From: Patescibacteria group bacterium
GTDB lineage: Bacteria > Patescibacteriota > UBA1384 > 2-12-FULL-50-11
Direction of reading: 5' to 3'
Assembly (NCBI GenBank): GCA_016861245.1
Contig: BOKZ01000001.1
Coordinates: 615,006-679,005 of the forward strand
Length of the DNA: 64,000 nucleotides
The notes beneath the pieces are model-generated. The model was not told the origin of the DNA, did not search any database, and worked only from the letters and a program-made list of their open reading frames with translations. Made by a program: the position numbers and the translations under genes. How positions within the stretch are numbered: position 1 is the stretch's first letter; each line of letters opens with the position of its first letter. Below, one piece after another: positions 46,635 to 56,007 of this stretch.

Positions 46635-47807
46635 TTAGTTCTCCTCGCTCAAGCGGAAGACGAGAGTTCGCTCTCGTCCGTCGGCGTCGATCAGTGTGAT
46701 CGTCGCTCCAAGGAAGCGCTTGATACTTCCCCAGGCTATCGCTTCGTGGCGATCGCCGCTTCGGCGCAACATCAGCGGGTGGTCTTTGTCGTCGAGCCTC
46801 AGTACCGCTGTAAACTGCCTGGAGTCACTCAACGTCAGTACCACTTGATTCCGACGGGAGGATAACTGGATCTCAGTTACCTCCGGCGCGAACGTGTGAC
46901 GACGTGCATCTCCGAGTAGTTGCTGCTCGGTGGCGTTCAGCTCTGAACGGAGGAAGTCGAACTTCTGCTCCGAACTTGTCTGCATCGCACCAACAGTAAC
47001 AGCGCAAAACTCGACTGGAGGCTGGTTAGCACCGGCCGTTCCAGCGTTACCTGCGTTACCGACGTTTGCACCGGTTGGAAAACCACCGGGCAAAGCGGTG
47101 TTGCCTGTCTGCGTAGTCGGCGGCTGGTTAGCCGGTCGACCTTGCAGGGCAATTTGGAACTCCTCAAGCGAAGTAAAGTTCCGAATCGTTCCGTCCGGCA
47201 TCTGAGCCGTGTATGACTGAACGACTGGATACATACTTCCACCCGCGCCGGCCGTAGCCAGGCGAGCTTGCTCGTCAGCGGCCATTTGGAGAAATTGGCG
47301 GATATCGAGACGAATGAACGTCGCACTCCCCCACTCCGTACGGCTCGTACGAACCTTGATCTGGTTGATTCCAAGATCTAGATCGCTGACGGCGATGAAC
47401 GGATAGTCGCCAACCACGCCCTGAGCGCCGCTGGGTCTACCTCTCACCACCCTGCCACCTTCGACCTTCCGCCACTCGACTAACTTGTCGTTGACGTAGA
47501 TTGTGTGGTCGTGAGCTGGTGAGCTGTTCGTGAAGGCTTTCACCTTCAGCAGAACTTTGTCACCAAACCAGACCGAAGTCTGAGTGGTGGGATCCCAGCT
47601 CGTAAAGTAAGTCGGTTGATCGCCCTTGACGATGTAAACGTCGAAAACGACCTTGACGGCCGAAATCGGACGTTCTTGCGTTTGGGCGATCCGGGCGTTG
47701 ATACCCGAGCTGATTGCTCCGAAGAGCAACGACTCGAGCAACTGTGCCTTTGCGAACGTTGGGGCAATGGCAAGAACCACCGCCATCAGAATTGCGGATT
47801 TCTTCAT
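46635..47807 (-). CDS. secreted hypothetical protein (GC-rich islet)
   Basis: 390 aa. Signal peptide MKKSAILMAVVLAIAPTFAKAQ. A Gly/Asn/Ala-rich linker in the middle. No family recognised. Its stop is 1 nt from the start of the next gene. Confidence 0.55.
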   Translation of the reverse strand: MKKSAILMAVVLAIAPTFAKAQLLESLLFGAISSGINARIAQTQERPISAVKVVFDVYIVKGDQPTYFTSWDPTTQTSVWFGDKVLLKVKAFTNSSPAHDHTIYVNDKLVEWRKVEGGRVVRGRPSGAQGVVGDYPFIAVSDLDLGINQIKVRTSRTEWGSATFIRLDIRQFLQMAADEQARLATAGAGGSMYPVVQSYTAQMPDGTIRNFTSLEEFQIALQGRPANQPPTTQTGNTALPGGFPTGANVGNAGNAGTAGANQPPVEFCAVTVGAMQTSSEQKFDFLRSELNATEQQLLGDARRHTFAPEVTEIQLSSRRNQVVLTLSDSRQFTAVLRLDDKDHPLMLRRSGDRHEAIAWGSIKRFLGATITLIDADGRERTLVFRLSEEN

Positions 47808-48073
47808 CTTTGTATCTCCTGTGCGTGCATTCCGCGGATCGCGGTGACGCTCTTGTCAGCGCCATCTCAGCCAGGAAGAGGGAAGGAGGGAAACTGTCGA
47901 GGTCGAGCAAGCTCAGCCTGTAATGACAGCTCTCCCTAATCCCAGCCGAGAGGGCACCGACAAACAGAAACTACAAAGACATATACTATTACTCTCTCCA
48001 ATCCACTCGCAATCTCATCGGTAGATATTAATTGCGAGCGGGTTGGAGATGGCGAGACGAGCTCGCCGAGGAT

Positions 48074-48092
48074 GTTGGTGGAGGCGCCGGGA
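48074..48092 (-). repeat. 19-nt direct duplicate of the tmRNA-like gene 3' end (ATTCCCGGCGCCTCCACCA on minus strand); att-like
   Basis: Identical to 48131..48149, 38 nt downstream of the tmRNA-like 3' CCA. This is the kind of duplicate left by site-specific integration at tRNA/tmRNA 3' ends. Confidence 0.55.
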
Positions 48093-48126
48093 ATACACCG
48101 TAACTGTGTGATCCCCGCCGCTCCAA

Positions 48127-48264
48127 AGGCAAATCTTGGTGGAGGCGCCGGGAATTGAACCCGGTTCCAAAAAGAGAAACACGATGTCGTTGGTTTTTGT
48201 TTAGGCATTTTCCCAACTTGAGCTACCACGCTCAGACTTCGCTCTTACCCTCTCTGTCGAACCC
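48127..48264 (-). ncRNA. ssrA: tmRNA (ssrA)-like gene comprising only the tRNA-like domain and P2 helix (138 nt; no tag reading frame found)
   Basis: The minus-strand 5' end GGGGGCGUAAGGGUUCGACAGAGAGGG matches the tmRNA 5' consensus (compare B. subtilis GGGGACGUUACGGAUUCGACAGGGAUGG). The 3' end AUCGUGUUUCUCUUUUUGGAACCGGGUUCAAUUCCCGGCGCCUCCACCA matches the tmRNA T-arm/acceptor/CCA (compare AUCGAUGUUUCUGGACGUGGGUUCGACUCCCACCGUCUCCACCA). The 5' GGGGGCG pairs with the 3' CGCCUCC. The body is far too short for pseudoknots or a tag ORF. Confidence 0.55.
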
Positions 48265-48483
48265 TTACGCCCCCACTGCTTGGGTACCAAAAACTGCCAC
48301 TGCTTTCCAATTCGCCTCATCAGCATTAATCGGAACAATCGAGACAAGGTTCCAGCCCCGTTCTGACATTTCATCGAAGGAAATTGGTTCTTCTGCAAAC
48401 TGCAAGTCTCTGACTCGCAGACAGACGTTTTTCTCGCTGTCCACTGTTGCAACTATTGGTAGGGTTCTGTATTGCATATTCAC
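48265..48483 (-). CDS. hypothetical small protein (72 aa) abutting the tmRNA-like 5' end
   Basis: MNMQYRTLPIVATVDSEKNVCLRVRDLQFAEEPISFDEMSERGWNLVSIVPINADEANWKAVAVFGTQAVGA. Balanced composition. Not SmpB. Confidence 0.35.
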   Translation of the reverse strand: MNMQYRTLPIVATVDSEKNVCLRVRDLQFAEEPISFDEMSERGWNLVSIVPINADEANWKAVAVFGTQAVGA

Positions 48484-48916
48484 TCCAATCAGCTCACGGT
48501 ACAGGCGGTATTAATGTAACCGCTCGTTCATGGGCTAGTTGGAGAGAACGGATTGTTAAAGTGTGCCGCTATGAACGAAAGCTCTTTGGACATTCGTCGC
48601 ACGGCAGGCTTCTTGCGAAGCGATTGCACTATATAAAGGAAGTTAGATACCTACGAGCGGTTGTTGCGACGACGCTACGTTGGATACGTCCCACTGGGAG
48701 CGCAACGCTACGGTGTAATTCGAAACATCCAAACGTAAGTAAAATAAAAAGCCGTGGTAGACAGAACAACTACTAGAAAGTAGGTTCCGCTGCGCACTAC
48801 CGATGCGATCTCACGACTGTTTCAACTTCTTTTTTGTTTTGGTGCAATACACTTTTTGAGTGTGCACGAACAATAGCATATGCTAGTTAAGATGTCAATG
48901 AATGTGAGGCAAATTT

Positions 48917-50251
48917 TTACCGCGGTATATAAATTGTACCATTGACGGTATCAACCACTTCGTAGCCTACCTGCTCGATTTCTGCTTTGCGATTGTCGGC
49001 AGTGAGAAAATCGTTCTTAGCTCGGGCTGCGTCCCGATCTTCGGCTAATCGCTTCGCCGAGTCACTATTTTCAATTGGCATATACCTTAAACCAAAGATA
49101 TCAAATAAGTTATCGGTATCAGCTTTATTGATAAGTTGAGCATTCTCACCCCAGAGTTGCAGTGCTTTCGGGCTATCGAGATCGTCGTTTAACGCGTCTA
49201 TAATTGCGTCAAATACTTGCATATCTGTTTTTTCAGGAGAAATAGCATATGCCTGAAATATCTTGCGACGCAGAGCGATTCCTTGCTCCATAACTGTTTT
49301 TGTGTAATCAAATGGCTTACGATAATGTGTTTGGTAAAAGGCGAGCCTTAATTCATTAGCGCTATACTGCTTTAGTGCTTCTTGAACAGTAAGACTGTTG
49401 TGAAGAGATTTACTCATCTTCTGACCGCCTACACTCAGCATCCCAGTGTGAACCCAGTAATTAGCCATGGTTTTACCTGTTAAACTCTCTGACTGAGCGA
49501 TCTCGTTCTCGTGATGAGGAAACACGTGCTCTAGACCTGATCCGTGTAGATCAAAAGTGTCGCCAAGATACTTACGACTCATAGCAGAACACTCGATATG
49601 CCAACCAGGGTAACCTCTACCCCAAGGCGAATCCCAAGTCATCTCGTTAATTGAGACTGGAGCAGCTTTCCACAGGGCAAAATCTGCCGGTGAACGTTTG
49701 TCTCCAGCAGCTTCTACTCGCGTGCCAGTAAGTATCTCGGTTAAGCCGCGATGGCTTAGCTTACCGTAATCTTTCTTTTTCGCGACACTAAAGTAGACGT
49801 TCCCAGCAGCAGTTGTATAGGCATATCCTTCCTTAATTAGTCCCTCAACGAACTCAATAATGTCGTTGATGTGTTCAGAAGCTTTAGGGAAATTATTAGG
49901 TAATCGAACCTGAAGCGCTTCTAAATCTCTCAAGTGTGCTTGAGTAAAGTGATCAACAATCTGGCGTACCGTTTGACCTGTTTCGTGGGCTTTCTTTTGA
50001 ACCTTATCTGCTCCGACTTCGGCGTCGTTAACCATATGCCCAACATCGGTAATATTCTGGATATAAGTAACTTTATAGCCCAGATAGGTTAAGAAACGAA
50101 CCAGTAAATCAAACCCTAAATATGTTCGGGCGTGACCGAGGTGGTCGTAGTCGTAAACGGTTGGTCCGCAAACGTACATTCGAACCTCACCGTCGGTAAT
50201 TGGTTTAAACTCGTCTTTTGTACCCGTAAGTGTGTTATAGATCCGAAACAT
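48917..50251 (-). CDS. cysS: cysteine--tRNA ligase
   Basis: 444 aa. HIGH-type motif [14 protein letters not shown] motif, and a Zn-binding Cys pattern of class I CysRS. Confidence 0.95.
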   Translation of the reverse strand: MFRIYNTLTGTKDEFKPITDGEVRMYVCGPTVYDYDHLGHARTYLGFDLLVRFLTYLGYKVTYIQNITDVGHMVNDAEVGADKVQKKAHETGQTVRQIVDHFTQAHLRDLEALQVRLPNNFPKASEHINDIIEFVEGLIKEGYAYTTAAGNVYFSVAKKKDYGKLSHRGLTEILTGTRVEAAGDKRSPADFALWKAAPVSINEMTWDSPWGRGYPGWHIECSAMSRKYLGDTFDLHGSGLEHVFPHHENEIAQSESLTGKTMANYWVHTGMLSVGGQKMSKSLHNSLTVQEALKQYSANELRLAFYQTHYRKPFDYTKTVMEQGIALRRKIFQAYAISPEKTDMQVFDAIIDALNDDLDSPKALQLWGENAQLINKADTDNLFDIFGLRYMPIENSDSAKRLAEDRDAARAKNDFLTADNRKAEIEQVGYEVVDTVNGTIYIPR

Positions 50252-50316
50252 CCTCTTCTTTGTACCTTAATTATTCTTACTTAAAAAGCAATTAAGTAGT
50301 CGCTTGACATACGCGG

Positions 50317-50354
50317 GCTGAAAGATTGGTTTTGCGAAGCAAATTTCAGCTGAG
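50317..50354. repeat. 40-nt hairpin repeat element copy 2 (GCTGAAAGATTGGTTTTGC-gaa-GCAAATTTCAGCTGAG) in cysS 5' region
   Basis: See copy 1 at 41479..41518. Confidence 0.5.
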
Positions 50355-50412
50355 AATTCAGCGACGAGCTCGCTGGAAGTGAGGAGCGGTCAAGCGATAC
50401 TAAATTGCGGTC

Positions 50413-50682
50413 CTACTCGTCGCCGTAACTGTCTTCGTTATAAGACCGCTGGTCTTCGTTTAATTCTTTTTCCGCGAGTGACTCAAGCGACTCCGAACCG
50501 CTTTCATCAACTGGCACCGAAAGATCATCGTCTTCTGCAGAGAGTTCGTGGTCTGTTGGTTCGCGCATCGCATCAACCGGGACAAGTCGCCCGCCACAGC
50601 TGGTACACGACTCGTTCGCAACGGGTGTTGTCGTTCCGCAATCCTCACAGATAAATTCTTCGGCGGTTGTTTGTTCTTCCAT
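50413..50682 (-). CDS. small acidic protein with N-terminal CxxC...CxxC zinc ribbon
   Basis: 89 aa. FICEDCGTTTPVANESCTSCGG, then a highly acidic C-terminus. The plus-strand alternative (50379..50654) is Arg-rich and less plausible. Confidence 0.45.
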   Translation of the reverse strand: MEEQTTAEEFICEDCGTTTPVANESCTSCGGRLVPVDAMREPTDHELSAEDDDLSVPVDESGSESLESLAEKELNEDQRSYNEDSYGDE

Positions 50683-50699
50683 ATTAGTATTGTATCCAA

Positions 50700-51335
50700 C
50701 TATTGGTCTTTTTGTGAATACGAGCGACGGCCTTCAAGCGCTCGACTCAGCGTTAACTCGTCGGCGTACTCCAAGTCACCACCGACTGGCAGTCCGCGTG
50801 CTAATCTTGTTACCGAAAGCTCTTTAATCGTTCCTAATTCAACCGCGGATTTAATTTGCTCGTCGATATATAGCGCTGTCGCCTCGCCCTCTAAAGACGG
50901 GTCGGTTGCTAAAATAACCTCTTTGATTTCGTTAGAATTGAGTCGCTCGAGTAACTGTGAGATCGCTAAGTCCTCTGGACCGACGTGGTTGATCGGCGAG
51001 ATCTGGCCGCCGAGAACGTGGTAGCGACCGTTAAATCTTGCTTTTTCAAGTGCTAAAACATCAAGCGCCTCTTCAACCACTGCTAACTTTTGTTGGTCGC
51101 GTGTACTATCGCTGCATATCGGACACGGATCGCTCTCAGCGATTATTTGGCAAACAGAACAAGTAGTTAAGTTCTCTCGTAATTCGCTAAACGCCTGAGC
51201 GAAGCGCTGTAACTCGTGTGATTCGCGCCCTAGTAGATAAAACGTGAGACGGTTTGCTGTCTTTGGTCCGATCCCCGGCAAGGATCCAAGAACTTCAGCT
51301 AGTGCTTGAATGGATTTTGGTAGTACTTTACTCAT
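50700..51335 (-). CDS. recR: recombination protein RecR
   Basis: N-terminal HhH (LAEVLGSLPGIGPKTANRL). C4 zinc finger (CSVCQ...CPICSD). Toprim domain. Confidence 0.9.
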   Translation of the reverse strand: MSKVLPKSIQALAEVLGSLPGIGPKTANRLTFYLLGRESHELQRFAQAFSELRENLTTCSVCQIIAESDPCPICSDSTRDQQKLAVVEEALDVLALEKARFNGRYHVLGGQISPINHVGPEDLAISQLLERLNSNEIKEVILATDPSLEGEATALYIDEQIKSAVELGTIKELSVTRLARGLPVGGDLEYADELTLSRALEGRRSYSQKDQ

Positions 51336-51365
51336 TTATCATTTGTTATATTAGCCATTTTTTAT

Positions 51366-51448
51366 GCAGGGGACAGGGGGTGCTATTTGCGAAGCGCTAC
51401 CCCTATCCCCTGCACCCCAACCCCAAGCACGCTTTAGACACGGGGTTG
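51366..51448. repeat. GC-rich G-tract palindromic repeat element, copy 2 (inverted relative to copy 1)
   Basis: GCAGGGGACAGGGGGTGCTATTTGCGAAGCGCTACCCCTATCCCCTGCACCCCAACCCCAAGCACGCTTTAG. Its reverse complement aligns with 45016..45088. Confidence 0.6.
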
Positions 51449-51461
51449 AACAGACATCTCG

Positions 51462-53684
51462 TTATTTCCCTTTGGCTGGAGCTCCTTCTTCTTCCGAATA
51501 GTCGCACTGACTACAACTGATGCCAGCTTTTTTCTTTAATAAAATATTTTGACAGCGAGGGCATTTTTTATTTATCGGTTCGTCCCAAAACGCCGTTTTA
51601 CAGCTCGGATAACCGCTGCATCCCCAGAAATATTTACCACGTTTCGTGGTTTTTCGCACCAAATCCTTGCCACAATTTGGACAGGTAACACCAGAACTAA
51701 TAACAATCGGTTTCGTGAATTTGCATTTCGGATAGTCAGAGCAACCTAAGAATGTTCCAAACCGACCTTGTTTAATAGCGAGCGACTTGCCGCAATCAGG
51801 GCAGTTTTCTTTTACTTCCTCTGCAATCTGCTTCTCTTGCTCCGGTGAGAATACATCGTCTAAAAACGGTGCTCGGTAATCGCACTCTGGGTAACCGCTA
51901 CAAGCGTAAAACTTACCGAAGCGCCCCAATTTTATCACTACCGGCTTGCCGCACTTCGGACAGACTTTATCTGTCGCCTCTTCAACGATCGCTTTTTTCT
52001 CTATGGTTTTTTCTTTCTCCTGGAGCAATTTCTCGAATGGTTGATAGAAACTCCTGAGAACGGGAACTAGCTCCTTTTTTCCCTCAGCGATATCGTCTAA
52101 ACTCTCCTCCATCTCGGCAGTGAAGTTATAATCGACGATGCTTGGAAAGTTCTCGACCAGTAAATCCGTAACGACTTCAGCTACTTTTTCCGGAAAGAAC
52201 CGGCCGGTTTGGCGAGTAACGTAGCCGCGATCCACAATCGTGCTCATAATCGGAGCGTACGTCGACGGTCTGCCGATACCGCGCTTTTCAAGCTCGCGAA
52301 CGAGTGTGGCTTCTGAGTAACGAGCTGGCGGTTCAGTAAAATGCTGCATCGGATCTGCAGATTTTAGACCCAGCTTTTCGCCCTCGACAAGCTCTGGTAA
52401 TCGTTCAAATCGCTCTTCGGAATCCGGGTAGACTTTTAGAAAACCATCAAAAGTTAACTCTCGACCACGCGCAGAAAGTGAGACGCCGGCTGAAGTTTTA
52501 ATACGCACAGCTGTTGTTTTAACTTCAGCTGGACTCATCATCGAAGCGGTTGCGACCTGCCAAATTAAGTTATAGAGGCGGTAATGATCGCGGGAGACCT
52601 TGCTCTCTAGCTCCTTAGGCAAGATCGAAAAATCGGTTGGTCTGATCGCTTCGTGCGCTTCCTGAGCGCCCCGAACTTTCTTTGTAAAAGTATTCGGCGT
52701 TGACGGAATATAGCGCTGTCCGAACATCGAGCTAACTTGTTGTTCAGCTTGACGCTTAGCTGAATCGGCTATGTTGTGTGAGTCGGTTCGCATATACGTA
52801 ATCAAACCAACCGTACCCTTGCCCGGGATATCGATGCCCTCGTATAGATCTTGGGCAATTTTCATCGTTTTTTTAGCGGAGAAACTACAAACACGAGCCG
52901 CCATTTGTTGTAAGGTTGAGGTGATTAGTGGCGGCTGCGGTTTTAGTTTGCTTTCGGATGTTGTAATAGTCTCAACTGATATATCGGCTGCGGAGAGTTT
53001 TTTTGCTAGGAGCTGTGCTTCTTTTTCAGTTTTGAGCTCTAACTTGCTAGCGCCGCTTCCAAGAATAATTGCCGGGAAGTGCGCTGATTTAGTTTTTAGC
53101 TGAACTTCAAGCGTCCAAAACTCCTTCGTTACAAACGCCTTAATTTCACGCTCACGCTCAACAACCAAGCGAACAGCTACCGATTGGACCCTTCCGGCTG
53201 ATAGCCCGCGATAAACTTTTTTCCAGAGCAACGGTGAGAGCTTGTATCCAACTAAGCGGTCGAGAATTCGTCTCGCTTGTTGTGCGTCAACGAGATCGCG
53301 CGAAACTTGTCTCGGTTTTTCGATCGCGTTTTGGACGGCAGATTTTGTAATTTCGGTAAAACTAATTCGATGTATCGGTTTCTTGGTTTTGAGCTGCTCT
53401 ACTAAGTGCCAGGCAATCGCCTCTCCTTCTCGGTCCGGGTCGGTGGCAAGATACAACTCTTCGCTCGCATCTAACTCTTTTTTTATTTCGCTCACAACCT
53501 TCTTAGCTTTAGGAATAAGTTGATACGAAACTTCGAAATCGTCGTCGACATCAATCCCTAACTTACTTTTAGGTAAGTCACGAACGTGCCCGTAGGACGC
53601 TCTCACGACAAAATCCTTGCCGAGATACTGACCGATGGTCTTGGCTTTGGCTGGTGATTCTACGATAACTAATTTCTTTGACAT
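51462..53684 (-). CDS. topA: DNA topoisomerase I with C-terminal zinc-ribbon repeats
   Basis: 740 aa. Toprim N-terminus LVIVESPAKAKTIGQYLG. Catalytic Tyr region. Four C-terminal CxxC...CxxC ribbons. Confidence 0.95.
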   Translation of the reverse strand: MSKKLVIVESPAKAKTIGQYLGKDFVVRASYGHVRDLPKSKLGIDVDDDFEVSYQLIPKAKKVVSEIKKELDASEELYLATDPDREGEAIAWHLVEQLKTKKPIHRISFTEITKSAVQNAIEKPRQVSRDLVDAQQARRILDRLVGYKLSPLLWKKVYRGLSAGRVQSVAVRLVVEREREIKAFVTKEFWTLEVQLKTKSAHFPAIILGSGASKLELKTEKEAQLLAKKLSAADISVETITTSESKLKPQPPLITSTLQQMAARVCSFSAKKTMKIAQDLYEGIDIPGKGTVGLITYMRTDSHNIADSAKRQAEQQVSSMFGQRYIPSTPNTFTKKVRGAQEAHEAIRPTDFSILPKELESKVSRDHYRLYNLIWQVATASMMSPAEVKTTAVRIKTSAGVSLSARGRELTFDGFLKVYPDSEERFERLPELVEGEKLGLKSADPMQHFTEPPARYSEATLVRELEKRGIGRPSTYAPIMSTIVDRGYVTRQTGRFFPEKVAEVVTDLLVENFPSIVDYNFTAEMEESLDDIAEGKKELVPVLRSFYQPFEKLLQEKEKTIEKKAIVEEATDKVCPKCGKPVVIKLGRFGKFYACSGYPECDYRAPFLDDVFSPEQEKQIAEEVKENCPDCGKSLAIKQGRFGTFLGCSDYPKCKFTKPIVISSGVTCPNCGKDLVRKTTKRGKYFWGCSGYPSCKTAFWDEPINKKCPRCQNILLKKKAGISCSQCDYSEEEGAPAKGK

Positions 53685-54760
53685 TATTTTCGAAGATAGT
53701 ATCCCGGTTTCGGCTGATATACTCGATCGAGCAGCTCAAGCTGAGTTACCAATCCTAAGACTACCTCAATCGGCTTATTAACTACAACCGCTAACTGCTC
53801 AATATTTTTTGGGTCCTGAATGAGTAAGTCTAGAACCTGGAGTAACTCACTGTCAAGACTATTATCAATAACCTCTGAGCGCTCCAAGTCGAAATATTCA
53901 AATAATTGATCAGAGCTAATTAGGGCTGTAGCCCCGTGCTGTACTAACAAATTAGTACCAGCTGCGCTGCTGCGAGTAATATCTCCCGGCACCGCCATAA
54001 GATCACGATTATAATCGATCGCACTTTTTGCGGTTGTGAGCGAACCAGATTTTATTATCGCTTCAATTACAACTGTACCGCGTGATAACCCAGCGATAAT
54101 ACGATTTCGTATCGGAAATCTGTAGCCTTTCGGTCGAGACAACGGAGGGTACTCGCTTAGTAATAGGCCGCCTCTCGCGATAATATTTGTTGCTAGTTGG
54201 GTGTGGTCGATTGGATAAATCTCGTCTAAGCCGCCGGCCATAACTGCTACTGTCCGGCCTCCTGAATCCAACGAGCGCTCGTGTATTTTTTTATCGATTC
54301 CGTACGCTAGGCCTGAAATCGTCGTCAGCTTCGAGAGTAGTGATGGTGGGAAGAGCATCTCAATAACGCTAGTGCCGTACGTTGAACATTTACGGCTGCC
54401 GACTACAGATATCGTCGGTCGTTGCAACGCTGATAAATCCCCTTGGTAAAACAACCAGAGCGGCGGATCTGGTATCACGGATAGTAGTTTCGGGTACTGT
54501 CGGCTACCTAGAAGGATGATATCGATACCGTACTTTTTTAAACAACCTAACTCGCCTTTTTGATCAAGTTTCCGATTCTTGAGCGCCGTCGATTGAGTAC
54601 TAGTTAGCACTTTTTGACCGTTGTCGTCGAGCGCCTCCCGAAGTGTTTGATACTGCCCGTATATTTTATGCCACGCGATCGGACCGATCGCTTCAATCGC
54701 TGCCAAAGATAGTAATTCAGACTCAGTGATCCCCAAAAAGAAGCGTGGGGTTGTTGACAT
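53684..54760 (-). CDS. dprA: DNA processing protein A (DprA/Smf)
   Basis: 358 aa. Rossmann-like core ISVVGSRKCSTYG...GLAYGIDKKIHERSLDSGGRTVAVMAGGLD. N-terminal SAM-like and C-terminal winged-helix regions. Confidence 0.9.
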   Translation of the reverse strand: MSTTPRFFLGITESELLSLAAIEAIGPIAWHKIYGQYQTLREALDDNGQKVLTSTQSTALKNRKLDQKGELGCLKKYGIDIILLGSRQYPKLLSVIPDPPLWLFYQGDLSALQRPTISVVGSRKCSTYGTSVIEMLFPPSLLSKLTTISGLAYGIDKKIHERSLDSGGRTVAVMAGGLDEIYPIDHTQLATNIIARGGLLLSEYPPLSRPKGYRFPIRNRIIAGLSRGTVVIEAIIKSGSLTTAKSAIDYNRDLMAVPGDITRSSAAGTNLLVQHGATALISSDQLFEYFDLERSEVIDNSLDSELLQVLDLLIQDPKNIEQLAVVVNKPIEVVLGLVTQLELLDRVYQPKPGYYLRK

Positions 54761-54997
54761 TGTTATTAGCGTATGGTAATTTATCCGAACTTGTCGAGTC
54801 TAACTCGACAGAAGACACCGGCGTTACGTTAGTAGCTCCGCTGCCTTCTTCGCTACGGCACCCCTGGCCCTATAAATTTCGGTCGGGAAAAATTGCATTC
54901 GCAGGTGTCGAGAGTGATGAGGGGTAAGGGAAAGGCCATCGCGCAAGCGATGGCTTTTTCCGTACTGACAAGTATTAATTTAACCGGCGGTATTTTT

Positions 54998-55423
54998 TTA
55001 CTTCTCGACTTCAATACCCATCGAGCGGGCAGTACCTTCAATAATTTTTGAGGCTTGTTCAACGGTGCGAGCGTTTAAGTCTGTGAGTTTGTTCTCAGCG
55101 ATTGCTGCAATCTGAGCTTTGGTAACCTTGCCAACCTTTTCTTTACGCGGTGTCTGCGAACCTTTTTCTAAACCAGCTGCTTTTAGTAGTTGAATCGCTG
55201 CCGGCGGAGTTTTAGTAATAAAGCTAAACGTTCGATCTTCGTAAATTGAGATCTCAACTGGAACGATCGTATCACCCATCGCCCGAGTTTGCTCGTTAAA
55301 CTGAGTGATAAAATCCATCATATTAACGCCGTGCGGACCAAGAGCAGTACCGATTTGTTGACCAGGCGTCGCTTTACCGGCCGGTGCTTGGAGCTTAATA
55401 ATTGTTTTTACTTTCTTTGCCAT
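54998..55423 (-). CDS. rplK: 50S ribosomal protein L11
   Basis: 141 aa. [30 protein letters not shown]. Confidence 0.95.
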   Translation of the reverse strand: MAKKVKTIIKLQAPAGKATPGQQIGTALGPHGVNMMDFITQFNEQTRAMGDTIVPVEISIYEDRTFSFITKTPPAAIQLLKAAGLEKGSQTPRKEKVGKVTKAQIAAIAENKLTDLNARTVEQASKIIEGTARSMGIEVEK

Positions 55424-55431
55424 GTAATTAA

Positions 55432-56007
55432 TTAGATTTTTTTAACTTGGAGAAAATCGAGGTTAACCGGAGTTTCGCGGCCGAACATCGAAACAGAGAC
55501 TTTGATCTTGCCCTTTTCTGGATCGACTTCGGTAATTTTACCTTCGTAACCCTTAAGTGGGCCGTCGCTAATACGTACAAGATCGTCTTTTGCTAAATCA
55601 ACAGTGTGTTCCGGCTCATCTTTTGCCATTTTTGCCTTAATTGCTACTACTTCCGATTCAGGAATTGGCGTCGGTCGGATACCGCTACCCAAAAATCCGG
55701 TTACGCTCGGGGTATTTCGGACAACGTACCAAGATTCGTCGGTTACAATCATATGAACGAAAACGTATCCCGGGAAGCTACGCTTCTCGACGGTCTTGCG
55801 TTTGCCGTTCTTAATTTCAACTTGTTTTTCTTTCGGTACGATTACTTCAAAAATATAATCTTGCAGCTTTAGAGTAGCCGCGCGTTGCTTTAAATTCTCA
55901 GCGACTTGATCCTCGTATCCAGCGTAGGTGTGGATTACGTACCAACCAGCTTCGCCGCTTTGGCGTCGCTCTTGTGTCTCTGGGATTGAATCGATAGTAT
56001 CGCTCAT
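55432..56007 (-). CDS. nusG: transcription termination/antitermination factor NusG
   Basis: 191 aa. NGN domain ([14 protein letters not shown]) and a C-terminal KOW ([19 protein letters not shown]). Confidence 0.9.
   Translation of the reverse strand: MSDTIDSIPETQERRQSGEAGWYVIHTYAGYEDQVAENLKQRAATLKLQDYIFEVIVPKEKQVEIKNGKRKTVEKRSFPGYVFVHMIVTDESWYVVRNTPSVTGFLGSGIRPTPIPESEVVAIKAKMAKDEPEHTVDLAKDDLVRISDGPLKGYEGKITEVDPEKGKIKVSVSMFGRETPVNLDFLQVKKI

Noticed and set aside
48447-48776. 109-aa plus-strand ORF in the region between the small hypothetical gene and cysS
   Set aside because: Basic, low-complexity product with no RBS, crossing an AT-rich intergenic region. Likely spurious.
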